This document shows, in pieces, positions 48,798 to 61,009 of a DNA stretch of 64,000 nt; the first letter of the stretch is position 1; each line of letters starts with the position of its first letter. Source of the stretch: Ranitomeya imitator (Eukaryota); the NCBI RefSeq assembly GCF_032444005.1, contig NC_091286.1, positions 167,400,001 through 167,464,000 of the forward strand. The letters run 5' to 3'. The position numbers were made by a program, and so were the translations under genes. The notes below the pieces were generated by a model. That model had not been told where the DNA came from. It searched no databases and was given only the letters and a program-made list of their open reading frames with translations.

Positions 48798-50391
48798 CCG
48801 ATTCTAACGTATCGTGTATTCTAGAATATGTAGGTAGTATACAGCACAGGCTACGTACTATATTGCACAGTGACGTAGTATATAACACAACCGACGTAGT
48901 ATCGAATATAGCTACGTAGTATTTAACAGAGCTACGTAGTATGTAACACAGCGTACGTAGTATATAGCAGAGCTACGTAGTATATAACACAGCTACGTAG
49001 TATATAACACAGTCACGTAATGTATTGCACAGCTACGTAGTGTATTGCACAGCCACGTAGTATATAGCAGAGCCACGTAGTATATAACATAGCCATGTAG
49101 TATATTGTAGAGGCACGTAGTATATTGCATAGCTATGTAGTATATTGCACAGCCACGTAGTATATAACAGAGCCACATAGTATATTGCACAGTCGACGTA
49201 GTATATAACAGAACCGACACAGCCACATAATATATTGCACAGCTACATAGTATATAACACAAAGCACGTAGTATATTGCACAGCCACATTGTATATTGCA
49301 CAGTCATGTTGTATATTGCCCAGCTACATAGTATATAGCAGAGATGTAGTTTATAACAGAGCCCACGCAGTATGTAACACAGCCCACATAGTATATAGCA
49401 ATGTGGGCACTATATGCGTTGTTAAAAAAGACTTAAAATAAAAAATAAACATATACTCACCTTCCGAAGGCCCCTTGAAGTCCTGGCGCCTGTGTGCGGT
49501 GCACGCGGCAGCTTTCGGTCCCAGGGTCGGTATGAGCGCAGGACCTATGATGACGTCGTGGTCACAAGATCGTAACATCATGGCAGGTCCTTCTCGCATA
49601 GCGTCCTTGGCACCGGAACCTGCCGTTTGCACTGCCGAGGACAGCGCGCGACGCGGAGGGTGAGAATAACCTTTTTTTTATTATTGTTATTTGTAACATT
49701 AGATCTTTTTGCTATTGATGCTGCATACGCAGCATCAATAGTAAAAAGTTGGTCACACAGGGTTAATAGCTGCGTTAACGGAGTGCGTACACCGCGGTCC
49801 ATTAACACTGGCATTAACCCTGTGTGAGCGCTCAGCGCTGACTGCAGGGCAGTAAAGCAGCGGCCATTTCGCTGCCACACTATGGCCGTCGCTGATTGGT
49901 CGTGGCAATGGTCGTGGGTGTTTGGCCACGACCACTCAGCGACTTGGATTTCCATGACAGACAGAGGCCGCGACCAATGAATAATAATAATAATAATAAT
50001 TTTTATTTATATAGCGCCAACATATTCCGCAGCGCTTTACAAATTATAGAGGGGACTTGTACAGACAATAGACATTACAGCATAACAGAAATACAGTTCA
50101 AAACAGATACCAGGAGGAGTGAGGGCCCTGCTCGCAAGCTTACAAACTATGGGGAAAAGGGGAGACACGAGAGGTGGATGGTAACAATTGCTTTAGTTAT
50201 TCGGACCAGCTATAGTGTAAGGCTCAGGTGTTCATGTAAAGCTGCATGAACCAGTTACCTGCCTAAGTATGTAGCAGTACAGACACAGAGGGCTAATACT
50301 GCATAAAGTGTATGAGAACATGATGCGAGGAACCTTTGAATATCCGTAACACAGACAGACGAAAGTGACCCTTAGACAATTATATAGTAGA
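48796..50391 (-). mobile_element. Helitron/HINE-like element, copy 2 (terminal CTAG lost), with ~21-bp minisatellite (48850-49400) and L2 insert
   Basis: 5' A|TC at 50392/50391. 3' hairpin remnant C(A)CGAT..ATCGGG at ~48797-48820. ACGTAGTATATAACACAG-type repeats. Confidence 0.75.
49984..50336 (-). mobile_element. L2 3' UTR fragment
   Basis: About 280 bp near-identical to 13563-13840. Flanked by TGAATA at 49978-49983 and 50337-50342. Confidence 0.85.
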
Positions 50392-51721
50392 TTATCAAGA
50401 CACACTCAATAAAGGAGTGGTTGTGCAGGTGGGGACCACAGACCACATCTCAGTACCAATGCTTTTTGGCTGATGCTTTGGTCACTTTTGAATGTTGGTT
50501 GTGCTTTCACACTGGTGGTAGCATGAGATGGACTCTACAACCCACACAAGCGGCTCAGGTAGTGCAGCTCATCCAGGATGGCACATCAATGTGAGCTGTG
50601 GCAAGAAGGTTTGCTGTGTCTGTCAGCGTAGTGTCAAGAGACTGGAGGCGCTACCAGGAGACGTGGAGGGGGCCGTAGGAGGGCAACAACTCGGCAGCAG
50701 GCCTGCTACCTCAGCCTTTGTGCAAGGAGGAACAGGAGGACCACTGCCAGAGCACTGCAAAATGACCTTCCACAGGCCAAAAATGTGCATGTATCTGCAC
50801 AAACGGTTAGAAACCGACTCCATGAGGATGGTTTGAGTGCCCGACGTCCACAGATGGGAGTTGTGCTCACAGCCCAACACAGTGCAGGATGCTTGGCATT
50901 TGCCACAGAACACTTGGATTGGCAAATTCACCACTGGTGCCCTGTGCTCTTCACAGATGAAAGGTTCACACTGAGCACATGTGACAGAGTCTGGAGATGC
51001 TGTGGAAAGCAGTCTGCTGCCTGCAACAACCTTCAGCATGACCAGTTTGGCAGTGGGTCAGTAATGGCGTGAGGTGGCATTTCTTTGAAGGGCCGCACAG
51101 CCCTCCATGTGCTCGCCAGAGGTAGCCTGACTGCCATTAGGTACCGAGATGAGATCCTCAGACCCCTTGTGAGACCATATGCTAGTGCGGTTGGCCCTGG
51201 GTTCTTCCTACTGCAGGACAATGCCAGATCTCATGTGGCTAGAGTGTGTCAGCAGTTCCTGCAAGATGAAGCCATTAAAGCTATGGACTGGCCCGCCCGT
51301 TCCCGACCTGAATCCGATTGAACACATCTGGGACATCATGTCTCGCACCATCCACTAACGTCACATTGCACCACAGACTGTCCAGGAGTTGGCGGATGCT
51401 TTAGTTCAGGTCTGGGAGAAGATCCCATGCCACCCCATCAGGTGGAGGCCACACACACTACTGAGCATCATTTCCTTGTCTTGAGGCATTTCCACTGAAG
51501 TTGGATCAGCCTGTAACTTCATTTTCCACTTTGATTTTGAGCATCATTCCAACTCCAGACCTCTGTGGGATATTAGTTGTGATTTACGTTGATCATTTTT
51601 AGGGTTTATTGTTCTCAACACATTCCACTATGTAATGAATAAAGATTTACTACTGGAATATTTCATTCAGTGATATCTAGGATGTGGGATTTTAGTGGTC
51701 CCTTTATTTTTTGGAGCAGTG
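50392..51721 (+). mobile_element. Tc1 element lacking its left end, degenerate transposase
   Basis: [22 protein letters not shown] and WPARS. Right TIR GAGCAGTG followed by TA (51722-51723). Confidence 0.9.
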
Positions 51722-51827
51722 TATATTCTTTTTTTTTTTTTAACACCTTTTAGTCCTTTCTTATAGTCTATATATGTCAAATGTTAATTTTGTTTTCACT
51801 TCCAATTCTTCTTTATTTCCCCTTTAG

Positions 51828-51970
51828 CCATAAAGATGAGTTTACCATTGTTCCTGTGTTGGTTGGAGCCCTTAGTGAATCAAAAGAACAAGAATTTGGG
51901 AAACTATTTAGCAAATATTTAGCAGATCCTGCTAATCTCTTTGTAATTTCATCAGATTTTTGTCACTGGG
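51828..51970 (+). CDS. MEMO1: MEMO1 internal coding exon (143 bp)
   Basis: Polypyrimidine tract and TTTAG acceptor, GTAAGT donor at 51971. [47 protein letters not shown] contains the conserved SSDFCH metal-site motif. Confidence 0.97.
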
Positions 51971-52529
51971 GTAAGTAAGAACAATTTTAATTTATTTTTT
52001 TATTATTTAAACTAAAATGACCAGAAAACTCTAATAATAATTATTCAAAACCGCTATAGGTGCTTATACACATTAGCTAGATGTTGGTTGAGTCTGCAGA
52101 ACCTAATAAGATTTAGCAATTATGTGACTGGAGTTTTACAACTCTTCCATGAAGGGCCCATATCTGTGCAATGACACCTTTGGCTTGTTGAAATTTTAAC
52201 AACCTATACTATGTTCCTGTGGGAGATAAGCCACTGCCAAGTTTAAAGTACAATTTGCATGCTTCTTTCAACAGAAAAAACTTGTCCCTACCCTCAGAAA
52301 ATCCACTTTGTGGATTTTAAGAACCTGAGGTAGCTAAAGATGAAACGCTGCTGGATTAATGACAACGGTTATTTTATAGGGACCAATAAATCTAGGTCCC
52401 AACTTCCAGGAAGGAACCCTCAACCTCATATTCCTGGTCGATAACCACACAGTCATTCACATTCAGGTCTGATCCTGGTACATGTTTTCTATCAGCTATA
52501 CGTTTGTACCTGTCTCCCTTTGTTTAGAA

Positions 52530-54880
52530 AAATATTTAGAATTGAGAGTCCTTCAGTGGTTGATACCTTTTAATGGCTAACTGAAAAGATGGTAACAAAG
52601 TGCAAGCTTTCGAGACTACTCAGTCCTCCTCATCAGGCATAGATAATACAACATCTGAAGAATCACATATTTATACACAACACAGCACAGAACTGTCATT
52701 ATGGGAGAGTGATAAGTGATAAACAGTTGTGTCCATAAGTATTGGAACAGTTCCTAGATTAGGAGTGAATATTTTGTTGTCCTCTGATTGAGGTCTGGTT
52801 CTCTTATGATGACCCCACATGGTCTGAAGTGCAAATTCCTTAATTGATGTAAAAAGACAAATCCATGTGACATATTCATTCTTGCACTGTGTCAAAGGTT
52901 GTCATAAATGTATACTCCCAAATTCTTCTGTCTCTCTGAGATTTGAATTTACCTTTCAATACAAGTAATTTCAGGTCCTTGGTGCTATGATCAAGCATAC
53001 AAAAATGTTTGGCCACAGGTAGATCCATTCTTTTTTCTCTTATTGTGTGGCTGTGAGAATTTATCCTTGTTCTCAGTTTCTGCCCTGTCTCCCCTACATA
53101 CAGACCCCCAGTTGGACATTTAGTACAATTAATTAGGTACACCACATTAGAAGTGACGCAGCTGAAAGTACCTGGTATCTTGTAGTACTGATGTGAATTG
53201 GGGATCTTTATCTTGTCCATGGTCATTATAAATGGACAGATTTTACATTTTTTCAGGTTGCAAGGAAGGGTTCCTGCAGCTGTTGGAGAGGACAGGGAGC
53301 TTCTGACAATGATGCTTCTAAGATTTGAGGGCTACCTAAAACACAGTAGTTTGGGGTCTGGAAAAATGGATTGTAAGCGGGCATCTTTTTGTAGTAAAGG
53401 TTGTAATTTCCGTGCAGCTCCCCTTAGCACCTCCAGATTTGGATTGTAGGTGACTACTAGAGGCACCCGGTTATTTTCTTCTTTAGCTTTGTAATGTAGC
53501 AGGTGATTCATTGATATTCTGGTGGCTCTTGTAATCTGGTTTTCAATTGTTCTTGGATGGTAGCCCTGATTCAAAAAGGTCTTTCTGAGGTGACCAAGGT
53601 GTTCTTCTCTATCCATGGGGTTGGAACATATATGATTGTATCTGATGGCTTGGCTGTAGACAATAGAGGTTTTTTTATGTGTTTTGGATGGAAACTGTCC
53701 CATTTAAGGTATGTTGGGCGTTCAATTGGCTTTTGATACAGGGATGTCTCTATTTCATTGTTCTCCAGCTTAATGATGGTGTCCAAAAAGTTAATTTCAG
53801 TACAGGAGTAGGTGAGCGTCAAGTTGATGGTGGGATGAAATTGATTAAGCTGTTTATGGAACATCTTTAGCTGTTGCTCAGACTCCGTCCAGATGATTAA
53901 AATATCATCAATGTAGCTGTAGTAGGCCAGAGGCCTGATGGGACATAAGGACAAAAAGTCGTTTTCAAGCTTGGCCATGAAAATATTTGCATACTGTGGA
54001 GCCATTTTACTTCCCATTGCTGTGCCAGTCTCCTGTAGATAGATCTTGTTGTCAAATTCAAAGTAATTGTGGGTGAGGATGAATTTTATAAGTTTCACCA
54101 CAGAATCCGCATCACTCCCTGTGTTTTCCATGAAGAATTTGCAGGCATTTAATCCATCCTGGTGTGGGATATTGGAGTACAAAGATTCCACATCCATGGT
54201 GGCCAGGATGGTTCCTTTTGGTAGAGGACCTATTGCTGCTAGTTTATTCAATAGGTCAGTTGTGTCCCGAATGAAGCTGGGTGTATCCTTTACCAGTGGT
54301 TTAAGAACACCCTCTACCCATCCAGATACCTGGTCAATAAGGGTGCCTCATACATGAGATAATTGGTCTTCCTGGATTTCCAGATTTGTGGATTTTGGGA
54401 AGCATGTAGAATGTCCCTGTTCTTGGACTTTCTTGTATCAGGTCATCGGCTCTTATGGATTCGTTGGGCAGACAAGATACTAACTTGTTTAGTTCCTTGT
54501 AATAGTCCTGTGTATGATCTGACTCCAATTTTTTGTAGTAGCGTGGGTCCATAAGTTGTCTGTTTGCTTCTTTCATATAGTCTGATGTGTTCATCATGAC
54601 TATTGCACTTCCCTTGTCAGCAGGTTTAATGTTGATTTCTTTGTTGGTTTTCAAAGACTCTATGGCCTTTCTCTCCTGGGCACTGATGTTGGATGCTTGT
54701 CTCCTGTTAGTATCTATGATGGTGGATTTTATCAAATGTCTGAAGGAGTCTATATATTAATTCAAATGAGGGAACCGTCCAGGTGGAGGTGTCCAGTGTG
54801 ACCTCTTCTTGGTTGTCAACCACTGAGGTCTCTCAATTCTAAATATTTTTCTATCTACTGGCCAACACAGTACCAAGATA
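52530..54880 (-). mobile_element. Penelope-like element (RT + GIY-YIG), frameshifted
   Basis: KPADKG, YMLPKIHK, TMDVESLY, GTAMGS..AP.YAN, YIDD and SNVVYLINC..C...YVGETG. Confidence 0.92.
52601..52639 (-). ncRNA. Minimal type-I hammerhead ribozyme motif in the Penelope 3' pLTR
   Basis: UGC-CUGAUGA-G-GAG(G)AC/UGAGUA/GUCUC-GAAA-GC-UU-GCA: canonical core, palindromic AAGCUU and a 3-bp helix I. Confidence 0.7.
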
Positions 54881-54889
54881 GATATCTTT

Positions 54890-56317
54890 CCTGTCCCTTT
54901 GTTTAGGCATCAAAGGACAGACTCCGATAAAATGTCCCTTTTTTCTCACAAAAAACACACCTTTTTTTTTTTTTGCGCAACCTCCTGTGAAATGTTCGAT
55001 GTAGAGACATCCCCTAACTGCATGGGCCACTCCACCCTCCCCAGTACAGGTTTACCGCTAGACTGTTCCCCTGAAAAAAGGGCAATACACTGAAAAAGAG
55101 GCTGCAGAGAAGGTGTTCTTACCCACCTATCCCGGAGGCATCTATCCACACGAATAGCCAAAGACATAGCGGCTTCCAAAGACTCTGGGGTTTCCTACAC
55201 TGCTAAAGCATCCTTCCACCTTTCAGTGAGATCCAGGATGAATTGGCTTCTGAGAGCCGGATCATTGCTCAACTGAACAACTATCCTTGCTGAATGCAAC
55301 ACAGCCTGGATTCAGCCAAGGATACACGGTCAGGGTCGTCATAGATGAGGGCATGAGCCCTGAAAAACTCCTCCACAGACTGGAGACACATAGAATCCTA
55401 TGGTAGAGAAAAAGCCCAGGACTGCGGTTACCACTGCAACAGTGAAATAACAATTCCTACTCGTTGCTCCTCATCTCCAGGGGAGTAAGGACGTAGTTTT
55501 AAGTACAATTTACATGCCTCTTTAAACACAAAAAACTTGTCCCTACACCAGAAAACCTGTCTGGGAAGGCAATTTTGGGTTCGAGCTGGACTACCTGCAG
55601 TGTCCCCCACAATAGGAGCATGCAGCCGTTGCTGCTGAACCTCAGAACGATGGTCAGTCACCTCCAGTGACCACCTCTGCAGCTGCTCTGCCAGCACAGA
55701 AACAGGATCCATGAACCCAGCAAAAGAAAAAAAAAACACAAAAAAAACTCCGTCAATTTTTTTTTTTCTTTTGCACACATGAACGGCGGGTGTTAATGTC
55801 ACACACAGTTTAGAACTGACTAAGTGCAACACAAAGGTGCAACACTATGAAAGCATGGAGTGGAGGTCCCTAGGCAGATCTAACTTTTCCCTGTCTGCAT
55901 ATATGACCCTAAATGGATTCCACACCTATCTCCGAGCAGGATACCTAGTCCCTCTCAGACCTTAGCGGTAAGCCCTGCATAGGGAAGATGGGTGAACACT
56001 GGCTGATCCCCATTAACACTAAAGACAGCTAGGATAGACAAAAGGGGAAACTTAGCTGTGTAGAAAGAAACACCGTCGTCCTTCAAACTCCAAAGAGGAC
56101 GCTAGCCAACTGCTGCAGCCCCAAGCCTCAACAGGGAAGTGCAAATAGAAAATAACACCCTCAACTCCCAACAGGAAGTTCAGAGTTATAAACACCCAGA
56201 TCCAGGTGATACCATTAAGGCCGGGAGAGATGGCCACTATTCTGCAAGGCCAACCACTGAGACCTTCTGCAGCCAGATGCAGTGTGACTGTCTGCAGCCT
56301 CTAACACACCCGTGACA
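54890..56317 (-). mobile_element. Gypsy-type LTR retrotransposon remnant: 5' LTR (55797-56317) plus degenerate gag
   Basis: TGTCAC...GTGACA termini. MDPVSVLAEQLQ...FKEACKLYLKLRP...EQRVGIVISLLQ and MSLAIRVDR. Confidence 0.75.
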
Positions 56318-57183
56318 CCAAGAGGGTATAGCAACAACTGAATCCATTACTCTTATATTACTCTTATAAAATAAAAATAACATGCAAATGGAAAATAATA
56401 TATAGTTATGATGTGATTGGAACAATCTGGTTTAGCCAAAAACTGTCTTGTGTATGGCCAGCATTACTTACCTTCTTCCTACTGAAAAAATATAGGTTCT
56501 CAGCCAAGCCAAAAGTGCAGAGGAATAGTTTGAGGCCAACTGCTGTTCTAGCTGTACAGCAACCTTCAAGGTTTGTTTTACTGGGGCCCTGTGCAAAAGT
56601 TATAAAGGGGACACCAAATGTTAACATATTGCCCCATAACACAGAAACTTTCAGGTTGCCCTTTCAATAGCTGTTTTCCATGAAGTATTGGACCACAGTC
56701 AACTACATTGATGATGTTCGGCACTTGTTAATTAGCCTCTTCATGCTGATAAAGAGTAGATCATTCTGTCCCCAAACAGTATGGTGCAGTCAGCAGCACA
56801 TCTCCTGTTTTCAATGGGCAATGTGCTGTCGAGAACAGTGATTTTTTTTTTTTTTCCATAAACAATCCAATCACCGGACGATTAGCAGCATTTTACTATA
56901 TTTATTGGGTAATTGCTGACATATTTACACCTCTGAATGCTCTTTTACGCTGTTGGTCTTCTATAAATATGGATAAAACACACACACTAAATTTGACACA
57001 CTGTATGTTACAAACATGTAATAGGGGGAATCCAGTTCATCATGAGTAATGTTTTCATGATATTTTGGTCACAAACAAAGCTGAAGATTTTATACCATGT
57101 GAGCTGGATTCCTTTCAACACTTTCTGATCGTCAGTCGCAGCGACTTTCATTCTGCATGCGTGCATACAAACATATGCATGTA

Positions 57184-58815
57184 CAGTGGGTACAGAAAGT
57201 ATTCAGACCCCTTTAAATTTTTCACTCTTTGTTTCATTGCAGCCATTTGGTAAATTCAAAAAAGTTCATTTGTTTTTTCATTAATGTACACTCTGCACCC
57301 CATCTTGACTGAAAAAAACAGAAATGAAGACATTTTTGCAAATTTGTTAAAAAAAGAAAAACCAAAATATCACAGTCATAAGTATTCAGACCCTTTACTC
57401 AGACACTCCTATTTAAGTCACATGATGTTCATTTCCTTGTGATCCTCCTTGAGATGCTTCTACTCCTTCATTGGAGGCCAGCTGTGTTTAATTAAACTGA
57501 TAAGACTTGATTTGGAAAGGCACACACCTGTCTATATAAGACCTCACAGCTCACAGTGCATGTCAAACCAAATGAGAATCATTAGGTCAAAGGAACTTGC
57601 CAAGGAGCTCAGAGATGGAATTGTGGAAAGGCATAGATCTGGCCAAGGTTACAAAAGAATTTCTGCAGTACTCAAGGTTCCTAAGAGCATTGTGGCCTCC
57701 ATAATCCTTAAATGGAAGAAGTTTGGTACCATCAGAAGTCTTCCTAGACCTGGCCGTCCAGCCAAAGTGAGCAATCATGGGAGAAAAGCCTTGGGGTGAG
57801 AGGTAAAGAAGAACCCCAAGATTCCTGTGGCTGAGCTCCAGAGATGCAGTAGGGAGATGGGAGAAAGTTCTACAAAGTCAACTATCTCTGCAGCCCTCCA
57901 CCAGTTGGGCCTTTATGGCAGAGTGGCCTAACGAAAGCCTCTCTTCAGTGCAAGACATATGAAAGCCATCATAGAGTTTGATAAAAAAAACACACAAAAG
58001 ACTCAGACTATGAGACATAAGATTCTCTAATCTGATGTGATGAAGATAGACCTTTTTGGTGATGATTCTAAGCGGTGCGTATGGAGAAAACCAGGCACTG
58101 CTCATCACCTGTCCAATACAATCCCAACAGTGAAACATGGTGGTGGCAGCATCATGCTATGGGGGTGTTTTTCAGCTGCAGGAACAAGAAGACTGGTTGC
58201 CATTGAAGGAAACATGAATGTGGCTAAGTACAGAGATATCCTGGATGAAAAGCTCTTCCACAGTGCTCTGGACCTCAGACTTGGCCGAAGGTTCACCTTC
58301 CAACAAGACAATGACGTTAAGCACGCAGCTAAAATAATAAAGGAGTGTCTGCAGAACAACCCCGTGACTATTCTTGACTGGCCCAGCCGGAGCCCTGACC
58401 TAAACCCAATTGAACATCTCTTGAGAGACCTGAAAATGGCTGTCCACCAATGTTCACCATCCAACCTGATGGAACTGGGGAGGATCTGCAAGGAAGAATG
58501 GCAGAGGATCCCCAAATCCAGGTGTGAAAAACTTGTTGCATCATTCCCAAGAAGACTCATGGCTGTACTAGCTCAAAAGGGTGCTTCTACTCATTACTGA
58601 GCAACGGGTCTGAATAATTACTGTATGACCATGTGATGTTTAGGTTTTTCTTTTTTATTATATTTGTAAAAATTTCTACATTTCTAATTGATTTCAGTCA
58701 ACATGAGATGCAGAGTGTACATGAATGATAAAAGAACTTTTTGGAATTTCCAAAATGGCTGCAATGAAACAGAGTGAAAAATTTAAAGGGGTCTGAATAC
58801 TTTCCAGACCCACTG
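57184..58815 (+). mobile_element. Complete Tc1 element (1,632 bp), transposase disrupted
   Basis: TA-flanked TIRs CAGTGGGT..GAAAGTATTCAGACCCCTTTAAATTTTTCACTCT. TVKHGGGSIMLWG, FQQDND.KH and SPDLNPIEHL. Confidence 0.93.
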
Positions 58816-58903
58816 TAGACAGAGAAAATCCTCATTTTTGCACTTGTATGTACAGAGCACAAACACACACGTACGTGTGTGTGTACATGTGCACACACAC
58901 ATA

Positions 58904-60463
58904 CAGGTCCTTCTCAAAAAATTAGCATATAGTGTTAAATTTCATTATTTACCATAATGTAATGATTACAATTAAACTTTCATATATTATAGATTCATTA
59001 TCCACCAACTGAAATTTGTCACGTCTTTTATTGTTTTAATACTGATGATTTTGGCATACAACTCCTGATAACCCAAAAAACCTGTCTCAATAAATTAGCA
59101 TATTTCACCCATCCAATCAAATAAAAGTGTTTTTTAATAACAAACAAAAAAACCATCAAATAATAATGTTCAGTTATGCACTCAATACTTGGTCAGGAAT
59201 CCTTTGGCAGAAATGACTGCTTCAATGCGGCGTGGCATGGAGGCAATCAGCCTGTGACACTGCTGAGATGTTATGGAGGCCCAGGATGCTTCAATAGCGG
59301 CCTTAAGCTCATCCAGTGTGTTGGGTCTTGCGTCTCTCAACTTTCTCTTCACAATATCCCACAGATTCTCTATGGGGTTCAGGTCAGGAGAGTTGGCAGG
59401 CCAATTGAGCACAGTAATACCATGGTCAGTAAACCATTTACCAGTGGTTTTGGCACTGTGAGCAGGTGCCAGGTCGTGCTGAAAAATGAAATCTTCATCT
59501 CCATAAAGCATTTCAGCCGATGGAAGCATGAAGTGCTCCAAAATCTCCTGATAGCTAGCTGCATTGACCCTGCCCTTGATGAAACACAGTGGACCAACAC
59601 CAGCAGCTGACATGGCACCCCACACCATCACTGACTGTGGGTACTTGACACTGGACTTCAGGCATTTTGGCATTTCCTTCTCCCCAGTCTTCCTCCAGAC
59701 TCTGGCACCTTGATTTCCGAATGACATGCAAAATTTGCTTTCATCAGAAAAAAGTACTTGGGACCACTTAGCAACAGTCCAGTGCTGCTTCTCTGTAGCC
59801 CATTTCGGCACCTGTAGCCCATTTCCTGCACACGCCTGTGCACGGTGGCTCTGGATGTTTCCACACCAGACTCAGTCCACTGCTTCCTCAGGTTCCCCAA
59901 GGTCTGGAATCGGTCCTTCTCCACAATCTTCCTCAGGGTCTGGTCTCCTCTTCTCGTTGTACAGCGTTTTCTGCCACATTGTTTCCTTCCAACAGACTTA
60001 CCATTGAGGTGCCTTGATACAGCACTCTGGGAACAGCCTATTTGTTGAGAAATTTCTTTCTGGGTCTTACCCTCTTGCTTGAGGGTGTCAATGATGGCCT
60101 TCTTGACATCTGTCAGGTCGCTAGTCTTACCCATGATGGGGGTTTTGAGTAATGAACCAGGCAGGGAGTTTATAAAAGCCTCAGGTATCTTTTGCATGTG
60201 TTTAGAGTTAATTAGTTGATTCAGAAGATTAGGGTAATAGGTCGTTTAGAGAACCTTTTCTTGATATGCTAATTTATTGAGACAGGTTTTTTGGGTTATC
60301 AGGAGTTGTATGCCAAAATCATCAGTATTAAAACAATAAAAGACCTGACAAATTTCAGTTGGTGGATAATGAATCTATAATATATGAAAGTTTAATTGTA
60401 ATCATTACATTATGGTAAATAATGAAATTTAACACTATATGCTAATTTTTTGAGAAGGACCTG
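58904..60463 (-). mobile_element. Young Tc1 element (1,560 bp) with ~200-bp TIRs, intact DD34E domain and a short internal deletion
   Basis: TA|CAGGTCCTTCTCAAAAAATTAGCATA at both ends. LFSDESKF, FQHDLAPAH and NSPDLNPIENLW. The N-terminal HTH is in a different frame. Confidence 0.93.

Positions 60464-60554
<91 letters not shown>
60464..60554. repeat. (TA)n microsatellite
   Basis: Read directly from the sequence. Confidence 0.95.
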
Positions 60555-60556
<2 letters not shown>

Positions 60557-61009
60557 TGTTACTGTAAAAGTCAGAAGGACGGTAAAACCTAGGATTTACC
60601 GGTCAATCTGGACATTCACCGAGGCCGTCGGTAAAAGCTCAAAATGAAAAGTAAAATTGGACTTTTACCTGTGAAGTCTTGGTAAATGTTAACATTTCTC
60701 AACAGCGTTGCTAAAAGTCAGAAATATCTGGTGTGAAGATGGAACATCTGACTTTAACCAAGCGCTGTTGGTAAATGTGCACATTTACATGTATATAAAG
60801 ATCGTATACATGCAAACACATGTATGCAAAAAGTACAAGCCTACATACACTGGACACATGTATACATACAGGACGTGTATGTATTCAAACAAAGTCCACA
60901 CACACATGCACACACATGTCTTTAAAGAGAGCACATCGACATGTCTATGCACTATATATACAGTACACACAGATTACCCGTGCATGCGTGTGTACGTATA
61001 ATAAATATT

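Larger units (their letters stand above)
528..51827 (+). other. MEMO1: MEMO1 intron, 51,300 bp, GT-AG
   Basis: The flanking exons join as ...TME-S-HKDEF..., which is contiguous in MEMO1, so no coding exon is missing between them. Confidence 0.93.

Noticed and set aside
1-51830. Segmental duplication or misassembly explaining the matching sequence before both exons
   Set aside because: Similarity stops at the Tc1 TIR, the copies are diverged, and the two exons are different.
51781-51978. 65-aa ORF as a stand-alone gene
   Set aside because: Its ATG lies in the intronic pyrimidine tract; only 51828-51970 is the MEMO1 exon.
56320-57180. Apparently unique intronic DNA as a hidden exon or conserved element
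   Set aside because: No MEMO1-like continuation (QRFRYSYYDE...) was seen, and conservation cannot be assessed here.
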